From the human T2T-CHM13v2.0 reference genome, Homo sapiens, in the NCBI RefSeq assembly GCF_009914755.1, contig NC_060926.1: a stretch of DNA of 64,000 nt; one strand, 5' to 3'. A program made the translations under genes and the position numbers. How positions within the stretch are numbered: the first letter of the stretch is position 1; every line of letters starts with the position of its first letter. A model generated the notes under the pieces. It had not been told where the DNA came from. It ran no database searches and worked only from the letters and a program-made list of their open reading frames with translations. Shown here piece by piece: positions 26,296 to 39,470 of the stretch.

Positions 26296-26770
26296 TCAAA
26301 GAGTACAAGCCAACACACAATAAATAAGCTGCAAGTTCATAGGAGGTAGACATGGCCTTTCATTACGAGAGTGTTCAAATGCAGAAAAGTGAAATATTTT
26401 TTTTCCATTTTGCCCATATGCCTAACATACATCTAATATATAGATTCTTTATTGAACATTTTGTCACATTTGTTTTACCACATATATATCTCTCTATTAA
26501 TCCTTCTTTTCTAGAGATAGAATTTTGAATAGTACACTTGGGTGCACCACTCACATGTTTTCTGATCCAACCTTAGAAGATGTTGTTTTTGATAGAAGAG
26601 GATACAGGCATATGGATAGTTTAAATTGGAGCTATAAATATAGGATTTCTGTATACAACAGCACAAGAAAGCTAATGGAGAAATGCTGTAGCGTATAAGT
26701 TCCCCTCCTATATAAAGAGTAGCATCCATGTCTAGAAACATGGTTAGCTCACCCTGAGAGGCCATGAAGG

Positions 26771-26778
26771 TGACGTCA
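26771..26778. promoter_or_regulatory. Full palindromic CRE motif (candidate only)
   Basis: TGACGTCA with its CpG intact. Confidence 0.3.
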
Positions 26779-27859
26779 ATGAAGAAAGCAGGAGTGTTGT
26801 AAGGAAGTCACTAACAATCTCTGAGGTCCCACCCCAGGGTCAGGAACATGATCACAGTAGAGATGGAGATAAGCGGGAAGGTCAGAAAGATCTGGCCACT
26901 TAATGGGCAATTTTGTACATTTGTTTAACTTCAGTTTGCCAAAATATAAACTTAGAATAACAAAACTTACCATAGGACATTACTGTTATAAATTATATAA
27001 AAATATTAGAGGGAAGTAGATGCTCAATAAGTATTAGCTATATTAATGTTACTACTGTAACTAAATTCCTATAAAAATAATATAGCTAGGGAAGGAATAA
27101 CCTTCTGGGTCTTAGGGATCCCTGAAAAAAAGTATTCATAGTAAAGCAATTATTTTAAGGATAAAAGAAAACCACAATTAAAGACTGGACTGCAGCTTCA
27201 ATTAGATTGGGATAGATATAGATCCCACTATCTAATGGTTATGGGACCTTCTGCAAATACCCCTAAACCTTGATTTCTTATCTATAAAATAGTATCTACT
27301 TCAAATTCCTTATTGCATGGGCGAAATGACATATATTATATCAGAACTGTGTCACTGTATCAATAAGAACTCACCACATACCACCTATTATTCTAGAAAG
27401 ACTATGTTACATATTGATGCCACATTACCCTGGTAGAGCTTCACCAATTTCTCATCAAAGAAACAATCCACTCCAACAGCTAAAGGGCAGTGAATGATAT
27501 AATAACAAAAAGAACACTGGGTCATTAACAGTGTTTTAATGTAGGTGGCTCCAGTTTTGAAATTTATTTCATTCCCCTGAAAATTAAATAAGGGTATGTT
27601 GGAGCATCTACATAGATTCAACTACATTTCTTCATAAACACTCAATCTTAGATTTATCTTGGAAAAGAATCTATGATATGTAGATAATATCTGTCATTTA
27701 AATCTATAATTTTATTTGCCACCAAAGCCTTTTTAAAAATAATTTGGCCAATTATGTCTGGTTTTCTTATTTTCTTAAAATTATAAAAATGTTGTAGCTA
27801 ATTCCAATGATCTACATTGTAGGACATATGATAGGGATAGTTATTCATTAGCAGCAAAA

Positions 27860-28278
27860 TTTTTTTTGGAATTTTAAGATTCTGAGAGGTTTTTTTTTTT
27901 TTTAATTTCTGAGATTTGGGTGCACCCATCACCTGAGCAGTGTACACTGTACCCAATGTGTAGTCTTTTGTACCTCACCTGCCCCCTACCCTTTCCCCCA
28001 AGTCCCCAAAGTCCAATGTATTAGTCTTATGCCTTTGAAACCTCATAGCTTAGCTCCCACTTATGAGTGAGAACATATGATGTTTTTCCATTCCTGAGTT
28101 ACTTTACTTAGAATAATGGTCTCTAATTCCATCCAGGTTGCTGCAAATATCATTATTTCATTCCCTTTTATGGCTGAGTAGTATCCCACGGTATATACAT
28201 ACCGTATTTCTTTTTGCACTCATTGATTGATGGGCATTTGGGCTGGTTCCATATTTTTGCAATTGTGAATTTTGTGTG
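27860..28278 (-). mobile_element. 5'-truncated L1PB-type 3' end
   Basis: 'ggtgcacccatcacctgagcagtgtacactgtacccaatgtgtagtc', 'agctcccacttatgagtgagaacat'; flanked by direct repeat ttagcagcaaaa (27848-27859 / 28279-28290). Confidence 0.92.
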
Positions 28279-28407
28279 TTAGCAGCAAAAGTCATTATTA
28301 ACTTCTCTCTTTCTCACAGACACACACATGCACAGAGGGTTATTTTCTTTAATGAAATCTCTTATTCTCCTTACTCTGTCAGAAAAATTATTCAAACACT
28401 GGAAACA

Positions 28408-28410
<3 letters not shown>

Positions 28411-28444
<34 letters not shown>

Positions 28445-28447
28445 ACC
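28411..28447. repeat. (CA)n microsatellite
   Basis: Directly visible. Confidence 0.95.
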
Positions 28448-29908
28448 CTATTCACTCTTTCAGTGCCTTGCTAGGCTTAACTTGCTATTGATCATCAATT
28501 TTATACACTTTAGGGGCAGCAGTCAACTTGTAGATTGTTGTCCAGTAGAGATGCAGATAATCCCCTATCTAGTGGAATAGAAAACCTCAAAGTCAGAATC
28601 CCCTGGAAGACATTAGCCAGTTTTATATGTAATCTACAAATGTATCATAGTATTGCTTTTAATCTAGTTTCTAAAAAAGCTTTGAACTGTTTCAACAGCT
28701 TACTGCCTCATCTCATTAATTAATAGTTGGATAAAATCCTTGCCATGTGCTCATTTTATATTTGCAGAACAGCCAAGCCTTTTAACCTTTTGAAAATCAT
28801 TCCTTAACACCTGTACATCCTTATTACAATGCCACCAAAGTCAAAATTTGTGGTTCCTGCTCATTTTCAACATTACCTAAAAAAACATGTGAACTCCTCA
28901 TGAAGTTCAGAGAGTTAAAATTTCCAGAAACTCAGATATTCAAGTAAATAAACACTATACAAATACAGCATAAGGCTCACAAAATACTCTTGATTGCAAG
29001 ACCATACCAACTTACGTTTTGCTCAAATAATTTAGTTCTATGAAGGAATAGATTCTGTTAGCCAGATCATTCCGTTATCATTTTCTCTCTCTTGTGCTAC
29101 AGACCCAAATATTTTAAACTCTAGAATGTGTTCTGCTTTATTCTCACTGGTATCTGAATTTAGTGTTTCATTAACTTCCATTTAAAATGCCACTTTTTCT
29201 AAAATTTCTAAATTAGTTAAGAACATTCTCTAAGTCACTTAATCTAGAAATAAAGACCTCCAGCCACATTCTTCCCTGAGCAAATATTGATAGACCACAG
29301 GTACATGCAAAGCACTCTACTGAGATCCACAGGTACACTGGTAAAGAAAATAGAGACATAAACTGTGCTCATGAAGAGCATACAGATATCTATATTTTGC
29401 TATATCTATAATACTATTTCTATTTACTAATTATTAAAATTATACCGGGGATATGAAAGGTACTAAAATAAAAATAATTTTGTTAACAGAATTGTTATCC
29501 TGTTATCTGTTATTCTGTTTAATAATAGAAGGAACATATAAAATTAAAACTAAAAAACAAGAAGTAACTAGGTATTAGAAGAACTTTTTTTGGTTCTAGA
29601 AATACTTGAGCATGGAGAAAGAAATATTGCTAAGAGAAGCCAATTTATTATGTATACGGAAGCCATATGAGCTTCAAGAGTAGTTTGTCAAATACAATTT
29701 TCTGGAAAACCATCAGTTTGAAACTGTTCTAGATGATAGAATAATTAATTTTAAAACATACAGGGTTTTATATGTTCCTAGTTCTCATATGTTATAATCT
29801 ATTCTAGAAAGAGACATTAAATATATACTGACTTAGCAATAATTAGATAATTATTAGCATATAACTTTCCTCCACCAAAAGCAGGCACCCTTGGTTACCT
29901 TTTCAACA

Positions 29909-29909
29909 T

Positions 29910-29940
<31 letters not shown>

Positions 29941-29954
29941 TACACGCACACACC
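29909..29954. repeat. (CT)n(CA)n compound microsatellite
   Basis: Directly visible. Confidence 0.9.
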
Positions 29955-30034
29955 CCTCTTTCACCACACCTTCAAACATAGCCCAGGCCTTCTTAAAGAA
30001 CTCTAAAGAACAATCCACTCTTTTCCAAGTGGTC

Positions 30035-30285
30035 ATATACTGTGGGAATCCTGTCTCTATTTGGTATACCAGGAGGAGGGTTCTTAGAGACACAGTCATC
30101 TCTAGTGGTCTCTTTGCCAGTGATTGGTTTATGACTAAGCTTAGGATACAATTCTAGGCAAGATCTAAAAAGTTGGCTGGGGAGCTTCTAGGAAGTGCTC
30201 TCCTACTTTGGAAAGGAGACACAGGAAGAGATCATTTTTTATGCTGTCTCTGGGGATGTTTATGTCTGGATGTACAGCTATCTGA
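30035..30285 (+). mobile_element. Ancient ERVL-type LTR remnant (LTR16/LTR33-like)
   Basis: 'ctttgccagtgattggttta...caattctagg...ggggagcttctaggaag...aaaggagacacaggaagag'. Confidence 0.45.
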
Positions 30286-30657
30286 AAACTAAACCAAAAG
30301 AATCACAGAAAAACTAGCATCACTCTCTGTTGCACTTCTTGTTATGTGAAATATAATAAATTTCCTAAAGTCTGCAGAGTTGACTGAAGATATCCTAACT
30401 AATAGACCCATGTTCAAATGGTCACTTATCCTTGCAAATTTGATTTGCAAATAATTGTTCAATTTATCCCTTTCTGCTTCCCCTATTTTGGCCCAAGCTC
30501 TCATGATCTCTTAACCAGGACCACAGAAGAAATTGTTGAGTCCCATCTAAACCATTTTCCAATTCAAAAAAGACATAGTATTTTGTTCCTACTACTCCTC
30601 AATTTGCAGTCTTCTAATAGTTCATCATTTTTTAAATAATAAATTTCAAATTCCTAG

Positions 30658-30998
<341 letters not shown>

Positions 30999-31003
30999 TC
31001 CCC

Positions 31004-31458
31004 TTTTTTTAAACATTTTTAGTTCAGGGGTGAATGTACAGGTTGGTTAGAGGTGACCATGTGTCATGGGGATTTGTCGTACAGATTATTTCACCATCCT
31101 AGTATTAAGCCTATTACTCATTAGTTATTTTTCCTGATCCTCTCACTCCTCCCAACCTTCTTAAAAAGAAGAAGATTGTTTCCTTTGCGGGGACATGGAT
31201 GGAACTAGAGGCCATTATCCTTAACAAACTAATACAGGAACAGAAAACCAAATACCGCATGTTCTCACTTATAAGTGGGAGCTAAATAATGAGATCACAT
31301 GGACACATAGATGGGAACAACACATACTGAGGCTAACCTTCTTTTCAATGGCTGCATAGTATTCCATGGTATATATGTACCACATTTTCTTTATCCATTC
31401 TATCATTAATTGGCATTTAGGTTGATTCCGTGTCTCCACTGTTGTGAATAGTGTTGCT
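31004..31458 (-). mobile_element. L1PA 3' end fragment with an internally inverted segment (~31163-31334 on +)
   Basis: Minus-strand 3' end, then plus-strand 'ggacatggatggaactagaggccattatcc...gttctcacttataagtgggagctaaa', then minus-strand 'atggctgcatagtattccatgg'. Confidence 0.9.
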
Positions 31459-31984
31459 AGAAGTATTCCCTGTCTTTCTTTCTAGCTTTCTCGTTCATCT
31501 TATCATCTCACAAACAATATATTCCATCTACACTCAACTACTGATGGCCCAATATCCCAACTTGCTGGTAATAATTGTAGTAATGACAGCTGGTACTCAC
31601 TAGAGTATGCCATATGCAAACATCCTGATGCTAAATAAGGTATATCAAAATTCTAGGAGCTCAGTGATCAATGCCAAGCAAATGAGAAATGATAAAAATT
31701 AAGCAAACTACAAACCTAGGAGGTAGGTATTATATTTTCATTTTACAGATAATGAAACTGAGACTCAGGACATTAAATTCTGGCCCTGCCTGCAGAATGA
31801 ATTACACTGTTTCTGTACAGGGTCAGTGTTGAGCATCTAACACAGCTCAGGATGGGCAAGAACAAATATAGTGGCATCTCAGGTTTCCAAGATTGACACC
31901 ATTACTTTACTCTAAACTCTTTTCTTTTGCTTTCAATTCTAATTTCAAACCAGAGAACCTTAGCAGTATTAAAGAAAATGATGA

Positions 31985-32140
31985 GTCTCGCTATTCAAAG
32001 TGTGGTCCACAGACGGCAACAACAGCATTACCTGGGAGCTTGTTAGAAATGCAAAATAATCCTGCATCTTCTGAGTTAGAATCTGTATTTTAACAAACCC
32101 TCAGGTGATTAGCATGTACATTAAAGTTTGTTAAACACTA
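31985..32140. mobile_element. MER5A DNA transposon
   Basis: 'tcaaagtgtggtcc...cagcattacctgggagcttgttagaaatgca...attttaacaaaccctcaggtgatt...acattaaagtttg'. Confidence 0.85.
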
Positions 32141-33572
32141 ATTTGGAGACCTGAAAGATGTTCTAGTTATATTCAGTATTAAAAACCCTCTCTTTTTCCC
32201 CAAGTTCTGTCTGTGAAATATCACTTGCTAACATCTTTTACAAGGCTAACCTGGATTACAGCACTCCTTTGAGAGAAAATATACTAATTATTCAAACAGT
32301 AAAAATAAAATATTAGTATAAAAGTTAAGGAATGTTTCATTTTTATGGAAAAATAAATGAGGCAAACAGGTAGAAATCAGTTTTGTGGTTTAACAAACAA
32401 TGTATTGCCTGACTGTAATTTTTTTTCTACTTTGTACTTTATTTTCCCTGAAATTCACTTCTATATTAAATCTAAACCTAGTCACATGTAGTTAACAGCA
32501 GATGGGTTCCTCAATCAAACTATTAGAAGAAAAGCAAGAAACTTTCTTTTGGACATCGGAACATAAATTCAAATAACTGAAAATCAGCTAAGAGGATTTT
32601 ACCACAGAAGACAATGGGTATTATTTAAATATTTTCAACATCATTTTCTTTTCAAAGTAGATGGAATGTGAATTAAACTTCATTTTAACATCTAAATCAT
32701 ATCTTTTTCTTTCAAAGTGTCTGTGAAAAAAAAAAGTTCCTGCATGCATTATTTGTAATAGGGACATGCTCACCTATAAACTGATGTAAAACGTGTCCCT
32801 TTTTGGCTGTGACTGCCTAAGTAATGAGGCAATGGAGAGAGTAAAATTTCCCATTCCCACACCCGTCACAGGCACCAGCATTGACTTCACACAGGCTCTT
32901 CTTAACTGTGAACCTTTCCTGGGACTAAACATGCACAATGCATGAGATTGTATATTTGCTCTTCAATTCTTTAGTTTTTGTAAATAAAAATGTCCTGCAG
33001 CGTTTAGCTTTTGTTCATTTTAGATACAACTGTAAAAGTGGAAAATAACATAATTTCATTCAACTTATAGTAGGTTCTGCTTGCTGGAAAATAATACTGT
33101 TGTTCAATTGAATCAGTCCTTCAAAGTAATCAAACCAGCTAAGTTCCTAGAATATTCCATAAGAGTAAAATTGTTTTCTAATCTTCACTGAGATCCTATT
33201 CAATAAGGCCATTTTCTTATCAAACTATACATTTGAGAACAAAATATCACATTTTAACAGGTACTATAAACATTTTAATTCTGTTAGGGCCAAAATAATG
33301 ATAAACATGGATAATAGTAATAATCTCTTTCCCCAAAGAGTCTTAGAAATCCTAATTTACTGACTGGTAGCTACTTTCACTAAGTAGAAATACAGTAATT
33401 TAATAATCTTACCATAGCAGTTTTCACAGAAGAAAATTAACTAATTCATTATTGCTTATAATTTGCTGAGGCATAGCTGCCATATTTGTAAAATCAGCAG
33501 GTTCTGAAAAAAAATACAAGTTTTTAAATGAATGTTCAATTTTCCCCTAAACACATAAATGATACAATTACT

Positions 33573-33591
33573 TAGCTCCCTCTAGTGCCAA
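33573..33591 (-). promoter_or_regulatory. CTCF-like motif (candidate only)
   Basis: Minus strand TTGGCACTAGAGGGAGCTA vs consensus TGGCCACYAGRGGGCGCTA. Confidence 0.35.
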
Positions 33592-34765
33592 TTTCTAATA
33601 TAAACTTAATTATAATAACTGTATTCACCATGCAATTTTGAAGCAAATTAAAATTTTACTTGGCAATAATTAAGTAAACTTTCAAGGGTTTTATAGGTTG
33701 AGTTTGAGATCAGAGCCAAGCAAGATTCACGGATGACACTGTCATAGGTAGGCTCATGACTACAGTTACAGTAACAGTATTTCTTCACAAATTTTATTTC
33801 ATATGTTTCAATTAAACACAAATAAACCAATAGAGTGTAAAAGAATGTTGATAAAAGAAATTAAGGCTTGCCATTGAATATTTTTCTACACGTCAATTTA
33901 GCTATAACAATCTCACTTAATCTGTGGCTTATATTGATTTTTCTTTGAACAAACAAATTTAAAACCCAAGAAGAAAGACACATCAAAGCTTCTATCAAGG
34001 TATAGAGAATAAAATTAAATTTTCAACTGTAGAGGAAAACAGAGCAGGCAGAACATATAATTTTAAAAAATTATAATAAAAACAGCTAACTTAATAAAAT
34101 GACTTATTAACGTATGTTTCCTGGAGATTTCTCTTAGGCTGAAGCATATAATTGAAGACTTTTATTTCTAAGTAAAGGTAACATAATTACTTTTATTAGG
34201 TAAATTGTTTTGTATTGAATGCATTTAAAGAAAAGATAACAAGGAGGAAGAGGAGAGTAGTCAAAAATAGAATCTCATTCAATGAAAAACTGTAATAAAA
34301 CTAGTGGATTTTCTAGGAACACAACTTTCCACAACAGTTTGTATATTCATTGCTCTTTTATTTTGTAATATAGTCTAAAGGCTAAGAGGGATGACAGCAT
34401 GAATTTAGGAATCAAATGATATGTATTTGTTTAACAGAACTATGGTTAGTCAGTAAAATACAGATATTGCTTCAAATTAATAAGGCTCATGAAAATTAAA
34501 GAAAACGTGTATGTGAAACACACAGTTGAAAAATGATAGTTAATAACTTTTTTCTGTTGTGTTAGTAATTTTTAAATGTTCATAGAATAAAAACATATAA
34601 TTGAATTGTACTTGTGATCATTGGTAACGTAAACATTATTCCTTAGTGCTGAGAATTAGTACTTTTAAAAATTAACTTATTTTTATTTCAATAAACATTT
34701 TTGTCCCAAATAAAAAGAAGAAATCTTTTCTAGAATAATACATGAGATTTTTACTTCTGTTTATT

Positions 34766-35071
<306 letters not shown>

Positions 35072-35645
35072 TACTTCTATTTATTTGTGTCATAATGACC
35101 CTGATTCAATTTGAATGACTGGACATTAATTCTATAAGGAAGGCAAGAGTCTTGGCCCCTGTATTGGCTCCTACTCCTTCTAATTCCTTCTATTTGCAAT
35201 TTCCATTTGGCAAGGTTGGACAAGTGCCTTTCTTCTTGTGCAGTATTATGGGTAATTGCCTTCCACAGTTGTTCCAATAAAAATAAATAAATAAGCCACA
35301 TGCAGGGAGAAGCTTTGGAAAATGCTCTGTACCAATACAATGGGTTAATTTTATTGTGATAGATGTTAATAAGACAACTTACCTGCAATGCTCATAGAGA
35401 GAGCTCTCCTTCTTTCTCCTGCCATTGAAGTTCCTTCAGTGACTACCTTTTCACCTATCCTATTCTTGACATACCTGCTTGACTTCTGAAACATTGTGGT
35501 AGATGGATTAATGAAATAATTTATCTCAAAAAAAAAGGAATAATAGATGACATTTTTGTGCTAAAAAAATTAATAAATATTATAAGCTGTCTTTTCTCTA
35601 TGCTGAATGCAGAGATGTCACAGACAATATTCTGAAAAGTGTATA

Positions 35646-38038
35646 CAAGCATATCTCATTTTATTGTGCTTCATTTTTATTTAAATTTTACTTCACAGAT
35701 ATTACTTTTTTTAACAAATTGAAGGAATTATAGCAGCCTTGTGACTAGCAATTCCTTGGGTGCCATTTTTCAAACAACATGAGCTCCCTTTGTGTCTCTG
35801 TGTCACATTTTGGTAATTCTCACCATATTTCAAATGTTTTCTTATTATATCTGCTATGATAATCTGGATCAGTGATCTTCGACGTTACTATTGTAATTAC
35901 TTTGGGGCATCACAAACCATACCCATGTAAGATAGAAAACTTAATAGATAAATATTGTGTGTGTTCTGACCACCCCACTGACTGCCCATTCCTCTATCTC
36001 TCTCCCTTTCCTTAGACATCCCTGTTCCCTAAGATACAACAACATTAAAATCGGGCCAATTAAAAACACTACAATGGCCTCCAAGTATTCAAGTGAAAGA
36101 GTTGCATATCTCTCACTCTAAATCAAAGGTAGACATGATTAAGCTTAGTGAGGAAGGCATGACAAAAGCTGAGATGGACCAAAAACTAAGCCTTATGTGT
36201 CAGTTAGTCAAGTTGTAAATGCAAAGGAAAAGTTCTTGAAGGAAATTAAAAGTGCTACCCCAGTGAACATATTAATAATAAAAAAGCAAGATAGCCTTAT
36301 TTATGATGTGGAGAAAAATTTCAGTAGTTTGAGTAGATCAAACCGGTCTCAACATTCCCTTAAAAGCCAAAGCCTAATCCAGAGCAAGATTCTAACTCTC
36401 TTCAATTCTGTGAAGTCTGATAGATGTGAAGAAGCTGCAGAAGAAAAGTTAGAAGCTAGCAAAAGTTGGTTCATGAAGTTTAAGGAAAAACACCATCTCA
36501 GTAACATAAAAGTGTAAGGTAAAGTAGGAAGTGCTGATGGAGAAGCTGCAGCAAGTTATCCAGAAGTCCTAGTTAAGATCATCGATGAAGGTGGCTATGC
36601 TAACAACTGATTTTCAATGTAGATGAAACAACTTTACATCTACATTGGAGGAAGATGCCATCTAGGGCTTTTGCAACTAGGGAGGAGAAGTCAGTGCCTA
36701 GCTTCAAAGCTTCAAAACACAGGTTTACTGTCTTGTTAGGGGCTAATGCAGCTGGTGACTTTGAGTTGAAGACAAGGCTCAATTTACCATTGCAGAAATC
36801 CTAGGAGCCTTAAGAATTGTGCTAAATCTACTCTGCCTGTGCCCTATAAATGGAACAACAAAGCTTGGATTACAAAATATCTGTTTACAGCATGGTTTAC
36901 TGAATATTTTAAGCCCACAGTTGAGAACTACTACTCAGAAAATATTTCTTTCAGAGTATCACTGCTCATGGACAATGTACCTAGTCATTCAAGAGCTCTG
37001 ATGCAGATGCACTAGAAGATTAATGTCGTTTGTATGCCTGCTAACACAACATCCATTTCGTAGCCCATAGATCAAGGAACAATGTCAACTTTAAGCCTAA
37101 TTATTTAAGTAATACTTTTTATAAGGCTCTAGCTGCTATAGATAATGACTCCTCTGATGGATCTGGGCAAAGTAAATTAAAAACTTTCTAATAAGGATTC
37201 ACTATTCTAGATGCCATTAATAACATTCCTGATTCATGCGAAGAGGTCAAAATATCATCAATATTAACACGAGTTTGAAAGAAGCTGATTTCAACCCTCA
37301 TGGATGACTTTAAGGGGTTCAAAATTTCAGTGGAGAAAGTAACTGCAGATATGGAAGAATTATCAAGAGAGCTAGAATTAGAAGTAAAGCCTAAAGATGT
37401 GACTGAATTGCTGCATTCTCATGATAAAACTTTAATGGATGAGAATTCACTTTTTATGAATGAGCAAAGAATGTGGTTTTATGGAATGGAATCTACTCCT
37501 GACCAAGATGCTGTGAACACTGTTTAGGTCATTATTTTGACAAAGGATTTAGGATATTCCATAAACTTAGTTGATAAAGCAATGACTCTAGTTTCAAAAG
37601 AATTTCTACAGTGGGTAAAATGCTATCAAACAGCATCACATACCAGAGAGAAATCTTTCATGAAAGAAAGAGTCCATCAATCCAGCAAACTTTGTTGTTA
37701 TGGTGTTTTAAGAAATTGTCATAGCCACTGCAACCTTCAAGCTACCACCACCCTAATCAGTCAGCAGCCATCAACACTGAGGCAAGACCCCCCACCAGCA
37801 AAAAGATTATCACTCACTGAAGGCTCAGAAGATTATTAGCATTTTTTAGCACTAAAGTACTTTTTAAAGTATGATATGTCTATTTTTTGGACATAATCTT
37901 ATTGCACATGTAATAGACTACAGTATAGTATATACATAATTTTATATGCACTGTGAAAACAAAAAAAAATTCTATAACTTATTTTTGTTATGATATTCAG
38001 TATCGAACCAAACCCTTGATATCTCTGAGGTATACCTG
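35646..38038 (+). mobile_element. Near full-length Tigger1 DNA transposon (~2.39 kb)
   Basis: TIR-like ends 'caagcatatctc' / 'gaggtatacctg'; TA on the left, TG on the right; pogo-family transposase fragments inside. Confidence 0.93.
36074..37527 (+). pseudogene. Disrupted Tigger1 transposase
   Basis: ATG GCC TCC AAG start; '[22 protein letters not shown]', '[18 protein letters not shown]', '[19 protein letters not shown]'; many stops and frameshifts. Confidence 0.85.
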
Positions 38039-39224
38039 TGTGTCTAAAATTTTCTGTGAGTTTACAAACTTAAGAGCATTTTAGAAATATTTAAATAAAC
38101 CTATGCTATTATAATTGTAGTCTTTTATTTTTATTTCTAAATCTTAACAGATAAAGCCTAGTAACTAAATATTACAACACAATTACATGATTAATTAAGA
38201 ATTTCATCTTTCCTCCCCTCCTTTGATTCAATGAAAGAAACACTTGTAAGTCACCAAAAAAGATAAGGTTTTTCTTCTTACTTGTTGGAAACTAGAGAGT
38301 TGGCCTCTATAATTTTCAATTAGGTTGTTACTTTCTCATCTTACTTACCTGTGACCATAACTTTTTTGATCAATTACCATTGTCCACTATTCTAAATGCT
38401 CCCTCTTTTACAACTGGATAGATTTGCACTGCTATCAACAGTGAAATTAAATGTACATCTTTAAAAAATCTTCCTTTATTTAGAACTGAAAATACAAGTT
38501 AGATTTTTTGCCAGTGGAAAGTTGAAATGTGATTTCCTATACTCTTGAAAAATTTAAATAATTCCCAAGATGTCAGCCCTTTCCACTCTCAAGTACATGG
38601 AGGAGGTGCAAATTTTTAGGAAAAGAAAGTTGATTTGGGAAAAAATACGTATTTAACGTGAGAGAAATCTACATTGGTAGATTTCCTGTCTCAGCAGAAA
38701 GTCAGATAATCCTGATCTACCTATCAATAGACTAGAGGACAACAGCTAATGAGGTGACTACATTTCATCAAAATTACTCCTTAACCGTGTTTCAATTTTC
38801 TTGATTTGCCTACCTTTCCTAGATGGTACAGTTTTGGTTAAAATTAGAAACTTGCAAAGAACAAATTAACCTCACATTCATTTATAGATATAGGCCACAA
38901 GGTTAGAATTGCCCTAATTTTAAAGTTACTTCCCAGGAAACAAATAATTCATTCACTAACCATTTGGAGGAAGAAATGTGTATTTTCTGGAACAGCCATA
39001 ATGAATTTTACTTCAGATTTCCATTTTTCTGTTGAGGCATCTATTGCTGAAAAAGAGTTCAGTACTATGCAGGCAAATAAGAAGTATGTTTTTAAAACCT
39101 ATTTGGAGAGCCAATTTTAACAGCTTCTCTTTTGTCGCTGGCTAAAGTTTACATCACAAGAATTTGAGTGGAACAAAAAAGAATATGTTCAAGTATTATT
39201 ATTATGGCTGGATCATGGGCTAAT

Positions 39225-39470
39225 AATAACAACAGTAACAACAAAAACAATAAAACAACTTTTTAGTCTTATGTTCTCAGGGCTTTAAAAATATATATAT
39301 TACTTCATTTAGTTCTCCCAATAACCTTATGATTCAGGTATCATTATCTAATGAGGTACAGAAAAGTAAAGTCACTTGGTAAAGTCTACTCTGTCCATAA
39401 GGAGAACAAGGATGTGAAGGAACTAGGCAATTGGACTCTGGAAACTGAGCCTTTAGCTGAATGACTATTG
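39225..39470 (-). mobile_element. MIR fragment
   Basis: 'ttcatttagttctcccaataaccttatg', 'aagtcacttggtaaagtc', 'ggactctgg'. Confidence 0.55.

Noticed and set aside
27201-27236. Bulged hairpin attagattgggat...atcccactatctaat
   Set aside because: Short and within apparent MIR-derived sequence
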